Origin: Clostridia bacterium
Lineage (GTDB): Bacteria; Bacillota; Sulfobacillia; SLMV01
Assembly (NCBI GenBank): GCA_003566675.1
Contig: PXCI01000001.1
Location: forward strand, 1-48,227
Direction of reading: 5' to 3'
DNA: 48,227 nt
A program made the position numbers and the translations under genes. Positions 38,194 to 48,227 of this stretch are shown here, piece by piece (within the stretch, counting starts at the first letter, position 1; every line of letters begins with the position of its first letter). The notes under the pieces were generated by a model that did not search any database, was not told the origin of the DNA, and saw only the letters and a program-made list of their open reading frames with translations.

Positions 38194-38258
38194 CTCACCT
38201 CCGCCCAGCAGGGGTCAATGCTACCAGGGGATCCTCCTTGCCCTGGACGGATAGCCCG

Positions 38259-38308
38259 CTCTTCGCAGGGGAGCCGGGACGTGGTACGATCAGGTGCGAG
38301 AGCGCTTT
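38259..38308 (+). promoter_or_regulatory. Duplicated promoter module, copy 1
   Basis: TTCGCA-N17-TACGAT with TGn extension; 43/50 identical to 39111-39160. Confidence 0.7.
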
Positions 38309-38419
38309 CGCTCATGATAGGTCCCCGACCCACGGCAGGCACCGGGATTCTGTCCCTCGAAAGATCAATCATGATAACAGTCGATACATTGCCTGCACAC
38401 TCAAAGGGAGGCCCATCCG

Positions 38420-38995
38420 ATGAGAATGCTACTGGCTACCAGTAACCCTGGCAAGTTGAACCTGTTCGGCAGGGCCTTCGCTGACCGTGGCTTCGAAGTC
38501 CAGGCACAGGAAACAGCGGGAGTGCGAGAAGACGCCCCAACCCCTGAGGGTAATGCTGTGCTCAAGGCCCGGGCAGTGTGGCAGCCGGGCTGGTTTGTGT
38601 TTGCCGATGATGCCGGGCTTCAGATTGACGCCCTGAGTGGCGAGCCAGGCGTGCAGACCAGGCGCTGGAACGGTCGGTTTGACGACGCAGTTGATGACCA
38701 CCAGTGGCTTCAATACCTGCTCAGACGATTGGAAGGGGTGCCCCTGGAGCAGCGCACGGCCAGGTTCACATCAGGTTGGGCACTGCTGGGGCCCGGAGGT
38801 GAGGAAGGGGTGCGCCGGCTGTTAACCCCCTTTTCTATCGCTCTGGAGCCCGTCCGAGCCATGAAAGCTGGTTTTCCCCTGTCGGCGGTCGCCGTGCATC
38901 GTCAGTCCCACGACGTGACCGGGCAGGTGCAGCGGGAGCTGGCTGCCTGGGCGTTCTTCATAGACCTCTGCGACTTTTATTCGGAGGGGAGTTGA
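38420..38995 (+). CDS. Ham1/ITPase-like non-canonical NTP pyrophosphatase, divergent
   Basis: LLATSNPGK, EGNAVLKA and ADDAGLQIDALSGEPGV motifs; lacks FGYDP and SHR. Confidence 0.85.
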   Translation: MRMLLATSNPGKLNLFGRAFADRGFEVQAQETAGVREDAPTPEGNAVLKARAVWQPGWFVFADDAGLQIDALSGEPGVQTRRWNGRFDDAVDDHQWLQYLLRRLEGVPLEQRTARFTSGWALLGPGGEEGVRRLLTPFSIALEPVRAMKAGFPLSAVAVHRQSHDVTGQVQRELAAWAFFIDLCDFYSEGS

Positions 38996-39110
38996 GACCA
39001 CCAGGCAACCCCACACGTTCTGTTTACAGCCGACACTGTAAATGTGCAACCATGTCACGTCCGCACAAAGGAATGCCCTCCGTCCTTTACGCCCGCCCTC
39101 AAGGTGACGT

Positions 39111-39160
39111 CTCTTCGCAGGGGCGCAGGGATGTGGTACGATCAAATGTGAGAGCCCTTT
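39111..39160 (+). promoter_or_regulatory. Duplicated promoter module, copy 2
   Basis: Same TTCGCA-N17-TACGAT arrangement, upstream of the AKR gene. Confidence 0.7.
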
Positions 39161-39205
39161 ATGTCACCACAAATCCCCATGCAAAGCAGGAAGGGAAAGA
39201 GATAC

Positions 39206-39967
39206 GTGAGCGATACGATGCGAGCGCCCATGATCCAATTGGGAGAGACCGGACCCATCGTCCCCCGGCTGATCTTCGGCACAGAGCACATCATCGACCT
39301 GTCTCCAGAAGAGGGAGGGGCCATACTGGCAGGGGCCTACCGGCAGTTTGGAATCAACCACTGGGACACGGCTCCGATCTACGAGAGCCATCCCCAGGTT
39401 GCCTCGGGTCTGAAACAGGCGGGAAGAGAGAACATCCTCGTCACCAGCAAAACCAGGGCGGAAACGGCCGATGAAGCCCGCCAGGAACTGGCCAGCACCC
39501 TTGCAGAACTCGACATCGACCATCTCGACATCGCCTTTTTACATAATGTGACCACCGACCACCTGCCCCGGCGCTCGGGTGCCCTGGACTACCTGGTGGA
39601 CGCCAGGCAGAAGGGGCTCGTCGGGCATGTGGGGATCTCGTCGCACTCGCCTGCAACCCTCGAAGCATCGGCAGGGATCCCGGAGTTAGAAATCGTGTGC
39701 GGCACCCTCAACAGGGATGGTTCCCGCATCGATGACGGGACCCTGGACGAGATGATCCACGCCCTCAAGACGTGCTATGAAGCAGGCAAGGGAGTCTACG
39801 TGATCAAGATCCTCGGCAGGGGAGACCTGGTCGATGACGTCGAGGGTGCCATCGAGTTCGTGTGCCAGTATCCTTTCATCCACGCCTACAACATCGGCAT
39901 GCGCAACGCCCGCGAGGTAGAAGAGAACCTGGGATTCATCATCAAGCACGCTCCCGAACTCTGCTGA
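39206..39967 (+). CDS. Aldo/keto reductase
   Basis: WDTAPIY, VTSKT, LDIAFLH and GHVGISSH motifs. Confidence 0.92.
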   Translation: MSDTMRAPMIQLGETGPIVPRLIFGTEHIIDLSPEEGGAILAGAYRQFGINHWDTAPIYESHPQVASGLKQAGRENILVTSKTRAETADEARQELASTLAELDIDHLDIAFLHNVTTDHLPRRSGALDYLVDARQKGLVGHVGISSHSPATLEASAGIPELEIVCGTLNRDGSRIDDGTLDEMIHALKTCYEAGKGVYVIKILGRGDLVDDVEGAIEFVCQYPFIHAYNIGMRNAREVEENLGFIIKHAPELC

Positions 39968-40005
39968 GCCACGTTTCAGGTTCGAATTGGAGAGAAGGCA
40001 TTCGA

Positions 40006-41814
40006 ATGGGTTTTGACGGACTCGCCCTCAGGGCATCAGTCTCACAGCTGCAGGCGCTGGTGGGGAGCAAGATCCAGAAAGTGTACGAGACCCGGGGCGG
40101 GCATAGCATCATCCTGCACCTGTATAAAAGGCCAGGAGTGCACCGGATCCTGATCTCAGCCGACCGGGTGGGGGCCCGCCTGCACCTGACGAGGCGCAAG
40201 CTCCGACACCCGGACAGGCCGAGCAACTTCTGCATGAGCCTGCGCAAGCATCTCTCCCCGGGGATCATCACATCCATCGACCAGGTCGGCCTGGACCGGA
40301 TCACCCACATACGGGTGGATTCCCGGGACGACCTTGGCCGAAGGCGATGCCTGAACCTGATCGCCGAAACCATGGGCCGTTTCAGCAACATCATCCTGAC
40401 CGATGAAGACGACGAAGACAAGATCCTCGCCGCCCTACGGTTCTCATCTCCCGACAGGAATGCCCACCGCACGGTGCTGACGGGCCACGCTTACCGTCTT
40501 CCCCCCCAGAAGGAAGCCCTTTCGCTCCTCGACGTATCCTCGGAGGATCTCCTGGCCAAGATCCCTTCTGCCAAGGAGAAGCCCCCTCCAGCCTGGCTCT
40601 GGCTGGTGCAGAACGTATCCGGGCCGGGACCCGATGAGGCGCGACGGATCCTCAGGGCCGCAGGGATCCCGCCCGGCGATCACCCCCCAGCGAGTTCGGA
40701 CCTCATGGACGCCCTTGCAGGCGAGCTGAACGGGTGCGGCCGGGCGATTGCCGAAGAGACCTGGAAACCCTACATGATCCTCCGTGACGATTCGGATCAC
40801 CCTTCCCCCCTCCCCTACCCGGTGAGTTTCGGAGTGATTCCGACAGATGACGGGTCAGCTGGGACGATCCGCACCCTGCCGTCTACGGCCCATCTCCTGG
40901 ACGCCTTCTACGCTCTCAAGGAAGAGCGCGAACGGTTTGACCAGGTGAAAAAGGAGATCAACAAGTCCCTGACGTCAACGGCCAAGAGCACCAGGAGACG
41001 CCTGCAACATCAGCAAAAGGACGTGGCTAGCGCCCGGGACCGGGAAAGGCACAGACGGTTCGGAGAGCTATTGACCACCTACATGCACCTGGTCTCGGGC
41101 GGCACCTCGGAGGTCACTCTCTCCGACTACTATAACGAGGGTAAACCGGTGACGATTCCCCTGGATCCGCAGAAATCCCCGGCCAAGAACGCCGCAAGGT
41201 ACTTCAACCGGTACCGCAAGCTGCAGCGGGCCGAAGTCGTGGGAAAAAAGAGATTGAGGGCAACCCGGGTGGAGCTCCAGTACATCATGAGCCTGCTCGA
41301 CCAGGTCGACCGGGCCGAAACGATCCATGAGCTCCTCGATATCCGGTCAGAAGCGGCCCGGGCGGGCTACGTGAAGGTGGACAAGAAAGAGGCGGGCAAG
41401 GGCAGAAAACCCTCGAGGCGAAGCCCCTACCGCACCTTCCTCACCCCCTCGGGGACGAAGGTACACGTGGGACGAAACAACCGGGGCAACGACCACCTGG
41501 TATCCCAGGTGGCTTCAAAGGATGATCTGTGGATGCACGTCAAGGACATCCCGGGATCGCATCTCATCCTGCCCGGCCCCTGGGACAACGATGAGATGCC
41601 CGAGCTCGAAGTTCTCGAGGAAGCTGCAATCCTGGCCGCCTATCACTCGGCTGCCCGACAGTCCAGCAACGTGCCCGTGGACTATACGCTGGTCAGAAAT
41701 GTGCAAAAACCCCGGGGAGGAAAACCCGGAATGGTCACATATCGCGGCCAGAGGACGCTATATGTGACCCCTCCAGGAAAGCTCACCGGTTACCAGGAAA
41801 TCGTACACCGGTAG
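40006..41814 (+). CDS. rqcH: Ribosome quality control NFACT protein RqcH (YloA/FbpA)
   Basis: MGFDG, FCMSLRKHL, LDRI, ETMGRFSNIIL, NAARYFNRYRK, VGRNNRGND, HVKDIPGSH and KPGMVTY motifs. Confidence 0.95.
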   Translation: MGFDGLALRASVSQLQALVGSKIQKVYETRGGHSIILHLYKRPGVHRILISADRVGARLHLTRRKLRHPDRPSNFCMSLRKHLSPGIITSIDQVGLDRITHIRVDSRDDLGRRRCLNLIAETMGRFSNIILTDEDDEDKILAALRFSSPDRNAHRTVLTGHAYRLPPQKEALSLLDVSSEDLLAKIPSAKEKPPPAWLWLVQNVSGPGPDEARRILRAAGIPPGDHPPASSDLMDALAGELNGCGRAIAEETWKPYMILRDDSDHPSPLPYPVSFGVIPTDDGSAGTIRTLPSTAHLLDAFYALKEERERFDQVKKEINKSLTSTAKSTRRRLQHQQKDVASARDRERHRRFGELLTTYMHLVSGGTSEVTLSDYYNEGKPVTIPLDPQKSPAKNAARYFNRYRKLQRAEVVGKKRLRATRVELQYIMSLLDQVDRAETIHELLDIRSEAARAGYVKVDKKEAGKGRKPSRRSPYRTFLTPSGTKVHVGRNNRGNDHLVSQVASKDDLWMHVKDIPGSHLILPGPWDNDEMPELEVLEEAAILAAYHSAARQSSNVPVDYTLVRNVQKPRGGKPGMVTYRGQRTLYVTPPGKLTGYQEIVHR

Positions 41815-41818
41815 CGCC

Positions 41819-42409
41819 CTACATCCCCAGGTCCTTCGGATAGACCAGGGGTACGCCCTCCCTGCAGAGGGGACAAGTAGGAGGCGAATGGGACGGTATG
41901 TCCATGGTCAACACCGAATGCAGGGGAACCCCGAAGTCCGTGCTTCCTCCCGTCCGGTCCACCAGGACGCTGACTCCCACGATCTCAGCCCTCAACTGGG
42001 AGAAAATCTCCATGACCGAGTTCACCGATCCCCCGGTGGACACCGCGTCCTCCACCACCAGCACCCGGTCCCCGGGCCCGGCCAAGAAACCCCGCCTGAG
42101 GGCCATGTGTCCCTCGGCCTTCTCCACGAAGAGAGCCTCGGCTTCCAGGTGGCGGGCCACCTCGTAGGAGAGAATGATCCCGCCCAGCGCGGGCCCCACA
42201 ACTTTGTTCACCCCGGCGTCCCGGAAGGGATCCGCCATCATGCGGGTCAACCGTCTTGCATGCTCCGGAAACCTCAGGATCTGGGCACACTGCAGAAACT
42301 GGGGGCTGTGTTGGCCCGAGGTCAACCGGAAATGACCATCCAGCAGGACACCGGTGTCCCGGAACAACTGCAGAATCTCGTCGCGCTTCATCGTTTCCGA
42401 GGTGTTCAC
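41819..42409 (-). CDS. pyrE: Orotate phosphoribosyltransferase
   Basis: GHFRLTSGQHS and VLVVEDAVSTGGS; last gene of the pyr operon. Confidence 0.96.
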   Translation of the reverse strand: MNTSETMKRDEILQLFRDTGVLLDGHFRLTSGQHSPQFLQCAQILRFPEHARRLTRMMADPFRDAGVNKVVGPALGGIILSYEVARHLEAEALFVEKAEGHMALRRGFLAGPGDRVLVVEDAVSTGGSVNSVMEIFSQLRAEIVGVSVLVDRTGGSTDFGVPLHSVLTMDIPSHSPPTCPLCREGVPLVYPKDLGM

Positions 42410-43110
42410 TGCTCATCATCCTCCCCTTCGATCTCGTTGACCACGCGCCTGACGGCCTCCCGGGGATCCGCGGCTCCCGTAATCGGGCGCCCGATGACCA
42501 GGTAATCCGCTCCCCGCTGAAGGGCTTCACCCGGCGACGTGGCCCGGCGATGATCCCCCATCTCCGACCAGGCCGGCCGGATCCCAGGCGTGACCACCAG
42601 GAAATCGCTCCCGACGACGGATCGGACGGCCTCGATCTCCCGGGGAGAACAGACCACACCGTCTAATCCCTCCATCTCGGCCCTGTGAGCCCAGCGGCTG
42701 ACGGCCTCCTCGACGCTCGCCTGGATCCCCAGGTACTCGGACAGGACCTCCTGGTCCAGGCTGGAAAGCACGGTTACGGCCAGAAGCAACGTGTCCGGAA
42801 GGGCCTCCCGGGCAGCACCCATCATCTCAGGTCCGCCGCTGGCATGGAGGTTGGTCATCCAGACCCCGGCATCGTTGAGGGCCCTGCCCGCTCCTGATAC
42901 GGTATTCGGAATGTCGTGCAGCTTCAGGTCTAAAAATACCCTCCCACCCGAATCGCTGATCTCGTCAATCACCCCGGGACCGGCGGAGCAGAAAAGCTCC
43001 AGCCCCACCTTGAACTGCGAGACCCCCGGCATCAGGGTAGAGACATATCCGAGGGCAACCTCGCTGCTTGGCGTATCAAGGGCAACGATGATTCGATCTT
43101 CTGCTATCAT
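42406..43110 (-). CDS. pyrF: Orotidine-5'-phosphate decarboxylase
   Basis: IVALD, FLDLKLHDIPNTV, VTPGIRP and LVIGRPIT motifs. Confidence 0.97.
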   Translation of the reverse strand: MIAEDRIIVALDTPSSEVALGYVSTLMPGVSQFKVGLELFCSAGPGVIDEISDSGGRVFLDLKLHDIPNTVSGAGRALNDAGVWMTNLHASGGPEMMGAAREALPDTLLLAVTVLSSLDQEVLSEYLGIQASVEEAVSRWAHRAEMEGLDGVVCSPREIEAVRSVVGSDFLVVTPGIRPAWSEMGDHRRATSPGEALQRGADYLVIGRPITGAADPREAVRRVVNEIEGEDDEQ

Positions 43111-44021
43111 GGAGTTCCCCTTTCTATGTGCGCATCGCCGACGGGCCAATCGCGCCCGTCCGCGCGGTACTCGCTCAGCTGTGCCAGGATGGACCCGGGC
43201 AGCGATGGATCCGAAAAGAGCGCGGTACCAAGGCCCACTGCAGACGCCCCGGCCAGCATGAAAGCGATCACGTCCCGGAAGGAACCCGCTCCGCCGAGGC
43301 CTAACACGGGAATTTGCACCGCTTCATAAACCTGCCAGACGCAGCGCAGGGCCACGGGACGAATCGCAGGACCCGAGAGTCCTCCGAAGACATTGCCCAG
43401 GACGGGCCGCTGTGCCTCAACGTCAATCTCCATGCCCGCCAGGGTGTTGATCAGGCTGATCACATCGGCCCCGGCCTCCTCCACCGCCCGGGCCAACCCG
43501 GCGATGTCTGTCACGTTGGGGGTCAGTTTCACCAGGAGAGGCAGGTCCGTCACCGCCCGGACCGACGAGACCAGCTCGGACGCTGTGTCCGGGCAGACGC
43601 CGAAACTCATGCCTCCAGCAGCGACGTTGGGACAGCTGATGTTCAGTTCGAGGGCTGACAGCCCCTCGATGCCATCCAGTTCCCTGGCCACAGCGACGTA
43701 CTCGGACACGGTCTTTCCAACCACATTGACAATGGCGGCCGTGTCGCAACGCAAAAGAGGCGGCAGGTGAACCTCGATGACCTCCTGCACTCCCGGGTTC
43801 TCCAGACCGATGGCATTGAGCATGCCCGAGGAGGTCTCAACAATCCTCGGGGGAGGATTGCCCGACCACGGCTGCAGGGATGTGCCCTTGACGATCACCG
43901 CGCCGAAGGTCTCGGGGGGCAGCATATCCCCATAGTCTGATCCAAATCCGAAGGTGCCCGAGAGGGCGACCAGGGGGTTCTTCAGGGACAATGGACCCAA
44001 CTGCACACGCAGATCAATCAT
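43107..44021 (-). CDS. pyrD: Dihydroorotate dehydrogenase B catalytic subunit
   Basis: SGTFGFG, NAIGLENPG, ELNISCPN, VKLTPN and GGLSGPAI motifs. Confidence 0.96.
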   Translation of the reverse strand: MIDLRVQLGPLSLKNPLVALSGTFGFGSDYGDMLPPETFGAVIVKGTSLQPWSGNPPPRIVETSSGMLNAIGLENPGVQEVIEVHLPPLLRCDTAAIVNVVGKTVSEYVAVARELDGIEGLSALELNISCPNVAAGGMSFGVCPDTASELVSSVRAVTDLPLLVKLTPNVTDIAGLARAVEEAGADVISLINTLAGMEIDVEAQRPVLGNVFGGLSGPAIRPVALRCVWQVYEAVQIPVLGLGGAGSFRDVIAFMLAGASAVGLGTALFSDPSLPGSILAQLSEYRADGRDWPVGDAHIERGTP

Positions 44022-44818
44022 CCGAACACCACCTCTTTCAGCGCAAATACCGGGCCTTCCTTGCACACCCTCGCGTATCGCGGGTGACCGTCGGAACCCA
44101 TGACGGCGATGGAACAGCCCCTGCAGGCACCGACGCCGCAGGCCATGTATTCCTCAAAAGAGCCGAAGGCATCCGTCTCAGGGAACATCTGGGCTATCTT
44201 GGCCAGCATGGGCCGAGGGCCGCAGCTGTAGACGGCTGCGATGGGTTCTCCCCTCTGCAGATGACGGGCCAGAACATCCGTGACCAGGCCCTTCTCACCG
44301 GCCGACCCATCATCGGTGGCGATCGACACCACCGCGCCTGCGTTCTCAAAGAGGGCGGTCCCGATCAGGTTCTTCTCGGTCTGGGCTCCCAAGAAAACCT
44401 CCGGGGTTAGCCCCGCCTCGGTCAGCTTGCGAGCCGACAGGATCAGTGGAGCAGCCCCCACACCCCCTGCCACCAGGACGCATCTGCCGTCGCCGCAGGG
44501 CAGGGGGAAACCCTGACCAAGGGGCCCCATGCAGTCAAGAACATCGCCCGGGCCGAGCTGGAACAATTGCGATGACATCCGACCGACGGGCCGGACGAGC
44601 AGGTGCATCCGGTTTGCACCCGGTTCCCAGTCGCTGACACTGAAGGGACGCCGTAGAAGCGGATCCGTCCCCCCAGTGTCCGCAGGCCTGACGTGCACGA
44701 ACTGACCCGGCGCGGGTTCAAATCCCGCCTCGGGTTCAAGGATCAGGTGGGCCGCGTCGCCCTCACGGCGACGCTCATAGACCACCGCACGGAACAGGCC
44801 CTCCGATCCACTCAGCAT
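44018..44818 (-). CDS. pyrK: Dihydroorotate dehydrogenase electron transfer subunit
   Basis: PGQF, LRRPFS, GGVGAAP and MACGVGACRGC...RVCKEGPVF motifs. Confidence 0.95.
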   Translation of the reverse strand: MLSGSEGLFRAVVYERRREGDAAHLILEPEAGFEPAPGQFVHVRPADTGGTDPLLRRPFSVSDWEPGANRMHLLVRPVGRMSSQLFQLGPGDVLDCMGPLGQGFPLPCGDGRCVLVAGGVGAAPLILSARKLTEAGLTPEVFLGAQTEKNLIGTALFENAGAVVSIATDDGSAGEKGLVTDVLARHLQRGEPIAAVYSCGPRPMLAKIAQMFPETDAFGSFEEYMACGVGACRGCSIAVMGSDGHPRYARVCKEGPVFALKEVVFG

Positions 44819-46110
44819 GTCAAAGCACCATCACGAAGAACCGTCTTGCCGCCGACCAGAACCGTCTCAACGGAACCGGTGAGGCTCCATCCCACCAGGG
44901 GCGTGTTGCGGCCCTTCGAAGCGAAATCCGCCGGGTTGACCGCCCGTTCCCGATCGGTTCGTAAAATGGCGATATCAGCAGGTTGTCCGTCCCCCAGGGT
45001 TCCTCCGGGGAGTTTGAAAATGGACGCAGGTGCCCAGGTCAACGCCTCGATCAGCCGTCCAAGGGTGATCTCTCCCCTCATGACCAGCCGATCGTGCAGC
45101 AGGGAAAAGGCCGTCTCCAGTCCGGATATGCCGAACTCCGCATAGAGGTATTCCTGGTCCTTGTCGTCAAAACCGTGGGGAGCATGATCGGTGGCAATCG
45201 CGTCAATCACTCCCTCGTTTAAGGCATCGACCAGGATCTGCCGATCCTCCTCGGTGCGCAGGGGCGGGTTGACCTTGGTGTTGGTATCGTATTCGCTCTC
45301 CCTGACCAGGTCCTCGGTGAGGGTCAGGTGATGGGGCGTGACCTCGCAGGTGACATGCAGGCCCTCGGCCTTCGCCTGCCGGATCATCTCGATTGAGCGG
45401 GCTGCACTGACGTGGGCGATGTGAAGATGCCCCCCAACCATCCGGCACACTTCGAGGTCCCGCGCCACCATGGCACTTTCTGCGGCGCTGGGAATCCCGG
45501 GCAGACCCATGATCGTCGAAATCCGTCCCCAGTTGACCACTCCACTGGCACTGAGGGACGGGTCTTCCTCGTGTACGCAGACGGGGACACCAAACATCCC
45601 GCTGTACTGTAGGGCCAGCTGCATCACCTTTCCGGAGGAGATGGGATGCCCGTCGTCGGAAAAAGCCCTCGCCCCCGCCTCGATCATGATGCCCATCTCG
45701 GTGATGTCCTTGCCCTTCTGGCCCCGGCTGACCGAACCCATCGGGTATACTCGAACGACGCCCTCTCTTTCGGCAACACCCGAGATGAAGCGAACTCCGG
45801 CCTCATCATCGATGACCGGGTCTGTGTTGGCCATACTGACCACTGCCGTGTAGCCACCCCGTGCAGCTGCCCGCGTGCCGCTGGCGATATCCTCTTTGTA
45901 TTCCAGGCCAGGCTGACGCAGGTGGGTGTGAATGTCGATGAAACCTGGCGTCACGATGCATCCTGTGGCATTGATGACCTCTGCCCCATCCACAGACATG
46001 TTGTCACCAATGGCGGCAACCTTGCCTCCCTCAAGGAGCAAGTCCGCGATTCCGTCTCGTGAATTGGCCGGGTCGATAATGCGTCCGTTCTTGATCAGCA
46101 CCCGTTCCAT
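44812..46110 (-). CDS. pyrC: Dihydroorotase
   Basis: DIHTHLRQPG, EVTPHH, KVNPPLR and IATDHAPH motifs. Confidence 0.97.
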   Translation of the reverse strand: MERVLIKNGRIIDPANSRDGIADLLLEGGKVAAIGDNMSVDGAEVINATGCIVTPGFIDIHTHLRQPGLEYKEDIASGTRAAARGGYTAVVSMANTDPVIDDEAGVRFISGVAEREGVVRVYPMGSVSRGQKGKDITEMGIMIEAGARAFSDDGHPISSGKVMQLALQYSGMFGVPVCVHEEDPSLSASGVVNWGRISTIMGLPGIPSAAESAMVARDLEVCRMVGGHLHIAHVSAARSIEMIRQAKAEGLHVTCEVTPHHLTLTEDLVRESEYDTNTKVNPPLRTEEDRQILVDALNEGVIDAIATDHAPHGFDDKDQEYLYAEFGISGLETAFSLLHDRLVMRGEITLGRLIEALTWAPASIFKLPGGTLGDGQPADIAILRTDRERAVNPADFASKGRNTPLVGWSLTGSVETVLVGGKTVLRDGALTC

Positions 46111-46111
46111 G

Positions 46112-47655
<1,544 letters not shown>

Positions 47656-47815
47656 TCACCAAAACCCCTCGCCCGACAGACATGCTGCTGCGGAAAAAAG
47701 AAACGATCGATTGCAAATGACTTGTGGATGGTGTGGGAGATGCTTCGGACCAGAGATGCTGCTGAAGTGTTCACTGCGGTTATTGATCTACCCTGTGGCA
47801 CCAACGCCACCGCCT

Positions 47816-47847
47816 CCTTGTCGACCTCTCTGGATCGAGTTAAAGGA
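47816..47847 (-). promoter_or_regulatory. PyrR-binding stem-loop (attenuator leader)
   Basis: Minus strand CCTTTAA-ctc-GATCCAGAGAGGTC-gacAAGG matches the CUUUAA / ARUCCNGNGAGGYU PyrR consensus. Confidence 0.88.
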
Positions 47848-47867
47848 TATGCTCTCATCCGCGCCCA

Positions 47868-47897
47868 ACTATAGCAGACGGCCTGTACCATTGTCAA
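47868..47897 (-). promoter_or_regulatory. sigmaA promoter of the pyr operon
   Basis: TTGACA-N18-TATAGT with extended -10 TG, just upstream of the PyrR loop. Confidence 0.8.
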
Positions 47898-48227
47898 TCA
47901 GCTCTTCCGATTCAGTTCACCTACTATCATTTTGCACCGGGAGCCCGCTCCGCAATGCGCAGGCGCCGTGGATCAGCGGCTGCCTGGGCACAAACCAACG
48001 GTGACATCAGATCATACCGAGAACCTGGGCTGCATGTTCAAAAAAGAGCCCGACGGAACACTGCTGGCCCTACACGGGGGCGGTACATCGCGCAGGAGAA
48101 CAGGTTACGCGGGAGACTGCACCGGGGCAGAAATCATGAGAACGCTGCGAGATGAACTGAGACATCACTCCGAACCTGTCGTAAAACGACCATCCTGGAA
48201 CGGGTGGATCGCGCCGACTGCACACAG

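Noticed and set aside
47955-48227. 66-aa ORF and a possible gene end at the window edge
   Set aside because: No recognisable homology and too little context.

Overview
High-GC chromosomal segment from a spore-forming Bacillota (Clostridia-like) bacterium. The backbone is the conserved Firmicutes locus, read mostly on the minus strand: pyrR-pyrB-pyrC-pyrK-pyrD-pyrF-pyrE, convergent with rqcH; then yloB(Ca-ATPase)-dapF-ubiB-like kinase-yicC-remA-rpoZ-coaBC-priA-def/fmt-DUF116-Zn peptidase-DUF6391-rsmB-rlmN-prkC-rpe; then spoVM, rpmB, asp23 and fakA. Departures from the canonical layout: (1) peptide deformylase and Met-tRNA formyltransferase are fused in one 481-aa ORF; (2) gmk, prpC, rsgA/cpgA, thiN, carAB and pyrP are missing from their usual positions; (3) a 57-aa membrane protein and a 25-aa SpoVM homolog, both absent from the ORF track, form an apparent bicistron behind a mother-cell-sigma-like promoter; (4) an ~18-kb accessory patch separates yloB from rqcH. 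That patch holds relics of a large serine recombinase, a SIR2-like domain, an RHH regulator and pxpB, plus intact cargo: two lipoproteins (one with 141-bp NHL repeats), acr3, tandem GNATs, DUF5658, SIMPL, TetR-ABC, a membrane alpha/beta hydrolase, an ABC-2 exporter, a divergent Ham1-like pyrophosphatase and an AKR. The last two share a duplicated 50-bp promoter module. No tRNA, rRNA or CRISPR array was seen. All family calls come from motif recognition by eye, not from database searches.
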